This document shows positions 8,587 to 16,681 of a stretch of 27,531 nt of DNA, piece by piece. A program made the translations under genes and the position numbers. The notes below the pieces were generated by a model. That model saw only the letters and a program-made list of their open reading frames with translations. It had not been told where the DNA came from and searched no databases. Within the stretch, counting starts at the first letter, position 1, and each line of letters begins with the position of its first letter. This DNA is from a virus (lineage: Duplodnaviria; Caudoviricetes). Where the stretch lies: IMG/VR virus record IMGVR_UViG_3300032218_001387, positions 1 to 27,531 of that record; one strand, given 5' to 3'.

Positions 8587-9686
8587 TGACGATATTCCTC
8601 ATAGATCTTGAGGCGGTAGAAACTAGGTACACTGGCGAATGGAAGCGCCATGTACCTAATCTATTGAAACATCACGGTCATAGTGTAAAAATTATTTCTG
8701 GTCCGGCTGATATTCCATCTGCAACAACTCCAGGTGCTTTTCTTAATTTTGGCGGCACTAATATTTACAAGGCAGCTCAAGTTGCAGAAATGGGTAAACT
8801 ATTCTGTTCAGGCGAAGTTAAGCCTGGAGACCATTTCTTGTTTACCGATGCTTGGCATCCCGGTATTATAAACTTGAAATATATGAGTGAGCTGTTACAG
8901 ATTCCTGTAACAACACATGGATTATGGCATGCAGGATCATATGATCCTCAAGACTTCTTAGGTAGATTAGTTGGTAATAAACCCTGGGTTAGAAACGCAG
9001 AGAAAAGTTTCTTTCATTGTTTTGATTACAATTATTTTGCTACGCAGTTTCATATAGAAATGTTCTTTACTAACTTGTTGAATGACCATCCGTCAGAAAA
9101 CCCGTGGTTTCACGATGAGTTAACAGATTTACGAGCAGGTACATTAACTACAAAAATTGTGCGTACTGGCTGGCCTATGGAATATATGGATACAACTCTA
9201 ACAGCATATAAAAATATGCCTAAAAGAGATTTAATTTTGTTTCCCCATCGTATTGCTCCAGAAAAACAAGTAGAAATATTTCGAGATTTGAAAGAACAGC
9301 TTCCACAATACGAGTTTGTTGTTTGCCAAGATCAACAACTGACGAAGAATGAATACCATAATTTATTGGGCGAGGCCAAACTTGTTTTCAGTGCTAACTT
9401 ACAGGAAACATTAGGAATTAGCTGTTATGAAGGTGCTATTCTAGATGCTATACCTATGGTTCCTGACAGATTAAGTTATACAGAAATGTACTTTGAAGAT
9501 TTTAAGTATCCGCAGGAATGGACACAAAATTGGACCAAGTATTTACTAAACCGAGATTCACTTTGTAAAAAAATAATCGAATACATGGAAAATTATAAAA
9601 ATTTCATCCCGTTAATTCGAGAACAAAATACAGGATTGACAGAAAACTTCTTTTCATGCCACCCGTTATTAAAGAATTTAAAATGA
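8586..9686 (+). CDS. GT-B (GT4-like) glycosyltransferase
   Basis: FPHRIAPEK and the E-x7-E signature QETLGISCYEG, followed by PMVPDRLSYTEM. Confidence 0.88.
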   Translation: MTIFLIDLEAVETRYTGEWKRHVPNLLKHHGHSVKIISGPADIPSATTPGAFLNFGGTNIYKAAQVAEMGKLFCSGEVKPGDHFLFTDAWHPGIINLKYMSELLQIPVTTHGLWHAGSYDPQDFLGRLVGNKPWVRNAEKSFFHCFDYNYFATQFHIEMFFTNLLNDHPSENPWFHDELTDLRAGTLTTKIVRTGWPMEYMDTTLTAYKNMPKRDLILFPHRIAPEKQVEIFRDLKEQLPQYEFVVCQDQQLTKNEYHNLLGEAKLVFSANLQETLGISCYEGAILDAIPMVPDRLSYTEMYFEDFKYPQEWTQNWTKYLLNRDSLCKKIIEYMENYKNFIPLIREQNTGLTENFFSCHPLLKNLK

Positions 9687-11701
9687 AAAAAATTTTATTA
9701 ATTTTATTAATGGCGTGCAGTAACTCTGCATTTTCTCAAACTACTGCCGCATCATTTGATACTGCCGAATATTATAAAAGTAGAGCCCTTGTACCAGTAC
9801 ATGCAGATCAAACATGGGCCAAAGGATATACAGGAGCAGGTAGCATAATTGCTATTTTAGATACTGGTATCGATTCTACCAATACAGATTTTCAAGGTAA
9901 AATCATCGCATCTAAAGATTTTAGCGGCAGCGGAACTATTATTGATACTAACGGACATGGTACTGAGGTTGCAGGGATTGCTGCCGCAGCACAAAATAAC
10001 ATAGGTACAGAAGGAGTTGCTCCCGGCGCTAATTTAGTTATTGCAAAAATTTCTTCTAATGGTATAGTGTTAAGTTCAACCGCGTTATCTGGGTTGCAAT
10101 GGGCTAATACAACTGGTGCTATTGTTGCAAATTTATCTGTTAATTCTACATTAACTGCTGCTTCAATCGGTGCAAAATTAATTGCACCTGGAATTTATAG
10201 CACAAATTTTACCAATACTACTAACTTGGTAGGCGGGATTAATCCTAATCAATGGGCGGCAGCAATGCCCAACGACATGGTATTAGTCATTGCTGCCGGT
10301 AACGACGGAACGCCATGGTCGGGCGGATGGAGTCAGATTGCAACTGCAACTAACATCTCAGGATCCCTTATACTAGGTGGTCGAGTTATTATTGCAGGCA
10401 ACTGGAATGAACAGACAAATAGCGGTCCAGGCGCGGGAAATAACGGTGCAGCAACTCTGTGTCAAGTTGTTGTCTCAGGAGTTTGTCAAGACAAATATCA
10501 AGCATGGCAATTTTATCTTATGGCTCCTGGAGTAGGAATTACTACAACAGCGCCATTGGCTGTTAATAGTTTAAGATTAGCCACTGTTTCCGGAACATCG
10601 TTTGCTGCTCCTACTATTAGTGGCGCGGTTGCTATCATACATCAAGAATGGCCGCAGATGACAGCGGCTAATATTGTTCAGCTATTACTAATGACCGCCA
10701 ATAAAAATATTCCAGGATATAATCCTTATATTGATGGCCAGGGGTTATTAGATCTCAATGCAGCCACACAACCTATTGGGTCTTTAGGTATTCCTACAAC
10801 AAAATCTATGTTGGGGCGACGAGCAACATCTATTCAGCCAGTATTAATTACATCTGGTAGTGCAGGTACTGCTAATCTAAAACCCTTAATGATTTTAGAC
10901 AGTTTTAACAGAGATTATTACATTAATAGCAAAATTTTAACTGCCAGTATTACTGCCCCAAATGATTATAATGTAATGCAAAATTCTTTACCTTATTTTA
11001 CAGGAAATACCTATACACTGTTTAATAATTATTCTAACTATCTGAAATTTACTAGAGAAGATTCCAGTGTTACTTGGTATTTTAATTCTCAAAATACTTC
11101 TTTGGATTCTCCTGCAATGGCAGAAATTGCAGTAAAAAAACATTATAAACTTTTTGACGTGGATTATAGTACAGGTGCATTTTCCGAACATCAGACTTGG
11201 TTAGGCAATTGGTTTTATGGTAATAACAATACTAGTAATACCGATAGCGTTACTCATTTTTATAGAGCACAATTACAAAAATCTTTTGAAAATAACATCA
11301 AATTGTTTGGTGGTATTGGACAAGGTGTTACTTTTACCAAATCTAATAGCCCTATAATTAATGCCGTCGGCCCGGCATTAAGTTGGACATGGAATGTAGG
11401 TATAGAAAAAACATTTAAAAATGGTTCTGTAGGTGTAATGTCTTACACTCCTGTTAATGTTTGGCATGCACACGCCGCATTTAATTCTCCGGTGGGGCTT
11501 GATAAAAATTTCGATGTAGTGCAAAATAGTCAGGGTGATCTGGCGGCTACTGTGCATGAATATCGTACAGGCGCATATTTTAAGATCAATGATCAAAAGA
11601 CCGTAAATATGTTAGCGTTTATTGAACATCGAAGAAATTTCCAAGGACAATCAGATATTACCGATAATGCTGTTGGGTTAGTTGTAACTAAACATTTCTA
11701 A
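9683..11701 (+). CDS. Subtilisin-like S8 serine peptidase with signal peptide and C-terminal beta-barrel-like domain (start moved to 9683)
   Basis: Signal peptide MKKILLILLMACSNSAFS; catalytic D (ILDTG), H (GHGTEVAG), oxyanion N (AAGN), S (SGTSFAAP); amphipathic beta-strand C-terminus ending in Phe. Confidence 0.9.
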   Translation: MKKILLILLMACSNSAFSQTTAASFDTAEYYKSRALVPVHADQTWAKGYTGAGSIIAILDTGIDSTNTDFQGKIIASKDFSGSGTIIDTNGHGTEVAGIAAAAQNNIGTEGVAPGANLVIAKISSNGIVLSSTALSGLQWANTTGAIVANLSVNSTLTAASIGAKLIAPGIYSTNFTNTTNLVGGINPNQWAAAMPNDMVLVIAAGNDGTPWSGGWSQIATATNISGSLILGGRVIIAGNWNEQTNSGPGAGNNGAATLCQVVVSGVCQDKYQAWQFYLMAPGVGITTTAPLAVNSLRLATVSGTSFAAPTISGAVAIIHQEWPQMTAANIVQLLLMTANKNIPGYNPYIDGQGLLDLNAATQPIGSLGIPTTKSMLGRRATSIQPVLITSGSAGTANLKPLMILDSFNRDYYINSKILTASITAPNDYNVMQNSLPYFTGNTYTLFNNYSNYLKFTREDSSVTWYFNSQNTSLDSPAMAEIAVKKHYKLFDVDYSTGAFSEHQTWLGNWFYGNNNTSNTDSVTHFYRAQLQKSFENNIKLFGGIGQGVTFTKSNSPIINAVGPALSWTWNVGIEKTFKNGSVGVMSYTPVNVWHAHAAFNSPVGLDKNFDVVQNSQGDLAATVHEYRTGAYFKINDQKTVNMLAFIEHRRNFQGQSDITDNAVGLVVTKHF

Positions 11702-11709
11702 GAAATTAC

Positions 11710-12183
11710 ATGAAAAAATTATTCTATTCTTTTTTAAATTTTCTCGAAAAACATGATCGTAAAAGGATCGTGTTAGATCGACAAAGCCGAGAACCCTATC
11801 TCGAACGCTATTATATCTTTTTAAAAGATAGAAAATTATTTCCATTTAACGTGTTTATTCACAAATTTTTGAAATCCGATCCGGATGACGTACACGATCA
11901 TCCATGGCCTTATGCAACATTTATTTTAGCAGGAGGTTATTATGAATGGGTTCCGCAATTCACTAGCCAAGGAACAATGATTGGGGAAATTCGTCATTGG
12001 AGAGGACCTAGTCATTTTAGAATTTGTCGGCCGGAAAGTTATCATCGTATTGAATTAAAAGAAGATGTTACTCCATGGACGTTATTCATGCCGGGCCCGC
12101 AGCGACGTGAATGGGGATTTTTAGTTAATAATCGGTGGATACACAACGAGCAGTACTTAACGGAAAAAGCAAAAGGAAATTAA
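11710..12183 (+). CDS. Cupin-fold metal-binding protein
   Basis: HDHPW...GGYYE...YHRIEL...WTLF pattern (HxH...E...H) of a common phage cupin family. Confidence 0.7.
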   Translation: MKKLFYSFLNFLEKHDRKRIVLDRQSREPYLERYYIFLKDRKLFPFNVFIHKFLKSDPDDVHDHPWPYATFILAGGYYEWVPQFTSQGTMIGEIRHWRGPSHFRICRPESYHRIELKEDVTPWTLFMPGPQRREWGFLVNNRWIHNEQYLTEKAKGN

Positions 12184-12185
12184 AA

Positions 12186-12692
12186 GTGAAAAAATTAACA
12201 TTAGAGTATACTCAATACAAAAACTTAGTAGCTAATCTGTGTCAAAAAATTATTGTTAGTGAGTGGATGCCGGATTACGTCGTGGGTATTAGCCGTGGTG
12301 GATTGTTGGCTGCTACTATGATTAGCCACTATTTAGAAGTACCTATGAAGCCATTACAGGTTAGTTTACGAGACGGCGAGTGTGTCAGTGACTTAGGTAT
12401 TGCCGAAGATGCATTTGGTTTGCTCTCCTTGCGTAAAAACATTTTAATTGTAGACGACATCAATGACACTGGTGCTACATTTAACTGGATCATGGAAGAT
12501 TGGCCTAGTGGGTGTTTTCCTGACAATCCGTCTTGGAAAGAAGTTTGGAACAATAATGTTAAGTTTGCTGTAACTATCGACAATCTTGCCAGCAAGTGTA
12601 ATGTTAAAATGGATTACACGGGTATGGAGATTAACAAAGCAGAAAATGATGTTTGGGTCGAATTTCCTTATGAGGTTTGGTGGAAGAATTAA
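12186..12692 (+). CDS. Type I purine phosphoribosyltransferase (xanthine-guanine PRT-like; start moved to GTG 12186)
   Basis: VVGISRGGL, PRPP loop ILIVDDINDTGATF, C-terminal WVEFPYE; SD AAAGGA before GTG 12186. Confidence 0.9.
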   Translation: MKKLTLEYTQYKNLVANLCQKIIVSEWMPDYVVGISRGGLLAATMISHYLEVPMKPLQVSLRDGECVSDLGIAEDAFGLLSLRKNILIVDDINDTGATFNWIMEDWPSGCFPDNPSWKEVWNNNVKFAVTIDNLASKCNVKMDYTGMEINKAENDVWVEFPYEVWWKN

Positions 12693-12857
12693 ATGGTTTG
12701 CGGTCAATGTGGTTTAGATATCATCGATAAAAAATATTATGCACACAAAGAGTGGAAACCAGTAAATCCATTGCATAATCATCCAGATAATATTATTATA
12801 TTTTGTGGGCCGCGATGTAGTTTAGATTGGCATACAAATAACAAGGATAAGAAATGA
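12693..12857 (+). CDS. Small Zn-finger-like protein (54 aa, not in ORF track)
   Basis: [11 protein letters not shown]...[14 protein letters not shown], a CxxC...FCxxxC pattern (TRASH/FCS-like); begins right after the PRTase stop and has an ATGA overlap with guaC. Confidence 0.7.
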   Translation: MVCGQCGLDIIDKKYYAHKEWKPVNPLHNHPDNIIIFCGPRCSLDWHTNNKDKK

Positions 12858-13936
12858 GAATCGAAAATGAAATTTTGCTAGACTTTAAAGACGTACTAAT
12901 TCGTCCTAAGCGTAGTACTCTTGCTAGTCGCAAAGACGTTGACTTATCAAGAAAATATAAATTTCGCTGGAGTGGCAAGACTTGGACTGGTGTGCCTATC
13001 ATGGCTGCTAATATGGATGGAGTTGGCACATTCGACATGGCAGAAGCACTGTCTTATGTTAAGATGTTTACTTGTTTAGTTAAAAGTTATACTGTTAAAG
13101 ATTTCAACGAACGATACAGCTATGCTATTCAACCCAATATCGCGGTCAGCACTGGTATCAGTGAACGAGATTATGTAAATCTTGTATCAGTAATGATGGC
13201 ACACCCGCACATTGACTTTATTTGTGTTGATGTTGCTAATGGGTACAGCGAACATTTTGGCGATTTTATTGCTAAGGTTCGTGAAGAGTTTAAAGATAAG
13301 ACTATTATTGCGGGCAATGTTGTTACCGCAGATATGACACAGGAGTTAATTTTACGTGGAGCAGATATTGTTAAAGTTGGAATTGGGCCTGGGAGCGTTT
13401 GCACGACTCGTATTCAAACTGGCGTTGGCTATCCTCAGCTTAGTGCTATTATTGATTGCAGTGACGCTGCTCATGGACTTGGTGGACACATCATCGCAGA
13501 CGGAGGATGTACCTGCCCAGGAGATGTCGCTAAAGCATTCGGAGCGGGTGCTGACTTTGTGATGTTAGGCGGAATGCTTTCAGGACACGATGAAGGCGGA
13601 GGAACTGTAATTGAAGAAATGTGGCAATTAGATAAGTTACAAGAAAACAGCTTTGCTCATGATTACGATGTCAAAAAATTTGTAGAATTTTACGGTATGA
13701 GTTCAGACACTGCTATGACTAAACACAGCGGAGGAGTTGCTGAATATCGTAGCAGCGAAGGTCGCAAAGTTCGTGTTCCGTATCGCGGTCCTGTAAAAAA
13801 TACAGTAAATGACCTGCTTGGCGGATTGCGCAGTACTTGTACATATGTTGGTGCACAATCATTAAAACAATTGAGCAAATGCACAACATTTGTTCGTGTT
13901 AACAGTCAATATAATGATGTATTTGTAAGGAAATAA
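12854..13936 (+). CDS. guaC: GMP reductase
   Basis: [55 protein letters not shown]; typical GuaC with no CBS domains. Confidence 0.96.
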   Translation: MRIENEILLDFKDVLIRPKRSTLASRKDVDLSRKYKFRWSGKTWTGVPIMAANMDGVGTFDMAEALSYVKMFTCLVKSYTVKDFNERYSYAIQPNIAVSTGISERDYVNLVSVMMAHPHIDFICVDVANGYSEHFGDFIAKVREEFKDKTIIAGNVVTADMTQELILRGADIVKVGIGPGSVCTTRIQTGVGYPQLSAIIDCSDAAHGLGGHIIADGGCTCPGDVAKAFGAGADFVMLGGMLSGHDEGGGTVIEEMWQLDKLQENSFAHDYDVKKFVEFYGMSSDTAMTKHSGGVAEYRSSEGRKVRVPYRGPVKNTVNDLLGGLRSTCTYVGAQSLKQLSKCTTFVRVNSQYNDVFVRK

Positions 13937-13938
13937 AA

Positions 13939-14316
13939 ATGGACGAAATATTTGTTGGGCCCAAAACTATTGAAGAAGCTAATGTTCCATGGACTGACGT
14001 GTTTCAAGAAGACTTTCATGTCATAGTCTACAAAGACAAGTATCCCGTAACCGAAGGCCATTTATTATTTGTACCTAAATATAATTCATTGTCTGTTTTA
14101 ACTGATGCGTTCGAAGACGCTGTACGTTATGGTAAGCAGATGGTTACTGAAAAAGTGTGGGACGGATTTAATATCGGGTTAAACGCCGAAGAAGCAGCAG
14201 GGCAGACCGTAATGTGGCCTCACATACATCTTATTCCGCGCAGAAAAGGCGATGTTGTAGATCCGGTCGGTGGGGTGAGAAATACTATTCCTGGAAAAGG
14301 TAATTACAGAATTTAA
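13939..14316 (+). CDS. HIT family nucleotide hydrolase
   Basis: DKYPVTEGHLLFVPK, GFNIGLN, AAGQTVMWPHIHLIPR. Confidence 0.9.
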   Translation: MDEIFVGPKTIEEANVPWTDVFQEDFHVIVYKDKYPVTEGHLLFVPKYNSLSVLTDAFEDAVRYGKQMVTEKVWDGFNIGLNAEEAAGQTVMWPHIHLIPRRKGDVVDPVGGVRNTIPGKGNYRI

Positions 14317-15314
14317 TTAGGAAATTTTGTAATATGCTGATCTTCTCGGTTTATGCAGGCCTGCATAGTGCATACCTGAGGATTGGTTGGCGGCAACCAT
14401 CCTGCATCCCATATATTACCTAAAGGTTGATTATTACAATGACTGCCTTTTACCCATCCTTGATGAGTGATAATAAGATGTTCGATTCCAACATTGCATA
14501 ATTGTCCGCTAAAACTAGGATTGGAATCATATAATTTATTATATCGATCATTTACCGAAACTGTGTCAAGTTCAAATTTTTCGTGAACTAATGCCGGTGC
14601 TTCTTTAGGAGGAATAATAGATTCTACTTTTGAAGCAGGCGGAGGTTTTATAGGTTCGATTATATCAGGAGTAGATGGTTTTATAACAGGTGGCGGCGGT
14701 TGTGGCCTAGGCGGAGCAGGTTTTGGCGGCGTTATTCCACTTATAATATATAACTGATCCCGAGTATAATTGAACATACCTGCATCTTGAGTTGCATTTT
14801 TATATAGTATATGTTTACTCACTTTAATTTTGTGGTTAGTTTCTATAGATTTAATTCTATCCATATCTTCTTCAAAATTCGTTGGACGAATTGGAACAGA
14901 TACATTAAAAATTTTATTCTTTTCTTGAAAGGTTTCAATTATGTATTTTATTAATGCAGGATTTTGCCAATAATGATATGTGAGATTTAACTTGTCTACA
15001 TAAGGTTCTATGGCCCACCAATCCATCCAAAGTTTGCCACCATTAGTATTTAATTCCATGGAATTTCCATTACTTCTACATAATTTTAACAAAATTACTA
15101 TGTCATTCATATCTAAAGGTTCACCACCATTAAATACCCAATCTATAGACCTATTCATTTTACTATAATTTTCTATAATCAAATTTGCCACTCTTATATA
15201 ATCTTTGGTTTCGGGAGGTTCGGCGCCTCCGCGTAAAGTTATGGGGCAATAGCTGCACTCAGATTCACAATAATCATTTAAATTCCATATTATTTTAGTA
15301 ATTAAATTATTCAT
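14313..15314 (-). CDS. Radical SAM protein with C-terminal Twitch/SPASM-like Cys cluster and Pro-rich insertion (start likely ATG 15314)
   Basis: CESECSYC, GGEP, TNG motifs; C-terminal CNVG...SHC...C...C. Confidence 0.85.
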   Translation of the reverse strand: MNNLITKIIWNLNDYCESECSYCPITLRGGAEPPETKDYIRVANLIIENYSKMNRSIDWVFNGGEPLDMNDIVILLKLCRSNGNSMELNTNGGKLWMDWWAIEPYVDKLNLTYHYWQNPALIKYIIETFQEKNKIFNVSVPIRPTNFEEDMDRIKSIETNHKIKVSKHILYKNATQDAGMFNYTRDQLYIISGITPPKPAPPRPQPPPPVIKPSTPDIIEPIKPPPASKVESIIPPKEAPALVHEKFELDTVSVNDRYNKLYDSNPSFSGQLCNVGIEHLIITHQGWVKGSHCNNQPLGNIWDAGWLPPTNPQVCTMQACINREDQHITKFPN

Positions 15315-15322
15315 AGGTATTG

Positions 15323-15351
15323 TTGACAAATCTAAATAGTTTATATATACT
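15323..15351 (+). promoter_or_regulatory. Sigma70-like promoter upstream of queE
   Basis: TTGACA (15323-15328), 17-nt spacer, TATACT (15346-15351). Confidence 0.8.
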
Positions 15352-15378
15352 ACTTATCTTATAATAGCAGACTAACAA

Positions 15379-16254
15379 ATGAGTAAAATAAAAATATCAG
15401 AAGCATTTTATAGTATACAAGGTGAAGGACTTTGGACAGGTGTCCCTAGTGTTTTTTTAAGAACATTTGGTTGTAACTTTACTTGTAGCGGATTTGGTAT
15501 GCCACATGGAGCAAAATCTCAAGAACACGAGCGTGTAGCAGAAATACACAAGACATTACCATTCAAATCTTATGAAGATTTGCCATTGGTTAAAACGGGC
15601 TGCGATAGTTATGCTGCTTGGGACGTTAGATTTAAGGATCTAAGCCCAATGCTAACAGTAGATGCCATTGTAGAACGATTGCTACAATTAATACCAAACA
15701 ATCGATGGACACAACCCAATGGACAAGATGTACATTTGGTCATTACAGGCGGCGAACCGTTACTAGGTTGGCAGCGCAGTTATATAGAATTATTAGAACA
15801 CAAGGGTATGCAAGATCTAAAAAATCTTACATTTGAAACAAATGCAACGCAACAACTTCATAAAGAGTTTGCTGACTATCTTAAAGTTAGACAAAGAAAA
15901 CTCCATGTCACATGGTCCTGCAGTCCAAAACTCACCGTCAGCGGTGAAACGTGGGAAAATGCAATACAACCTGACATTGTTAAGTCTTATTATGATTTAT
16001 ATTGTCATGGTGGTAGCAGTCTGTATCTTAAGTTTGTCGTTGCCACTAATGATGATATACTCGATGTTAACAGGGCTGTGGCAGATTATCAAAAGGCTGA
16101 CATCCATTGTCCGGTCTACTTAATGCCTGTGGGGGGCACAGTTGAAAGTTATATGATGAACAATCGACAGGTAGCGGAATATGCTATGGGCCAGGGCTGG
16201 AGATATAGTCCAAGACTGCAAGTTGATTTATTTGGAAACGCATGGGGAACTTGA
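15379..16254 (+). CDS. queE: 7-carboxy-7-deazaguanine synthase QueE-like radical SAM enzyme
   Basis: ISEAFYSIQGEG, VFLRTFGCNFTC...GCDS, VITGGEPL, FETN, SCSPKL, LKFVV, VYLMP, RYSPRLQ. Confidence 0.88.
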   Translation: MSKIKISEAFYSIQGEGLWTGVPSVFLRTFGCNFTCSGFGMPHGAKSQEHERVAEIHKTLPFKSYEDLPLVKTGCDSYAAWDVRFKDLSPMLTVDAIVERLLQLIPNNRWTQPNGQDVHLVITGGEPLLGWQRSYIELLEHKGMQDLKNLTFETNATQQLHKEFADYLKVRQRKLHVTWSCSPKLTVSGETWENAIQPDIVKSYYDLYCHGGSSLYLKFVVATNDDILDVNRAVADYQKADIHCPVYLMPVGGTVESYMMNNRQVAEYAMGQGWRYSPRLQVDLFGNAWGT

Positions 16255-16255
16255 T

Positions 16256-16681
16256 ATGAAGAATATTGTTAAAAAACTTTTTGGTATTGAAAAATTACAA
16301 ATTGCTAAAAAGCAAGCAGAAGAAGAATTAAAATCTGCACAAGAAGCGGCAGACACTGTTAAAGAATCGAATCGAATACAAGGGTTGTCTCCTAAGGATC
16401 TAGCTACAGAAAAGAAAGAACCATGGGTAGGATGTTTAGATGTTCAAGTTAATTCAGAAAATGTACGTAATGGATTTTTTGAATTAGATTGGAATGAATT
16501 CTTTGTTCAAGAATTAAGACGAGCAGGATATACTGGGCAAACCGACGAAGAAGTAGTTGCTGCTTGGTTTTCTGATGTTGCTAGAAACTCAGCAGAACAG
16601 GAAGGTATTGATATGTCTCGACGAGGTTCGGGTTACATCAATACCAATAATCTCGGTGGCGGAAGAACAGAAGTAAGTTAA
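16256..16681 (+). CDS. Hypothetical protein (start moved to ATG 16256)
   Basis: Starts one base after the queE stop; coiled-coil-like N-terminus, NGFFELDWN core. Confidence 0.75.
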   Translation: MKNIVKKLFGIEKLQIAKKQAEEELKSAQEAADTVKESNRIQGLSPKDLATEKKEPWVGCLDVQVNSENVRNGFFELDWNEFFVQELRRAGYTGQTDEEVVAAWFSDVARNSAEQEGIDMSRRGSGYINTNNLGGGRTEVS

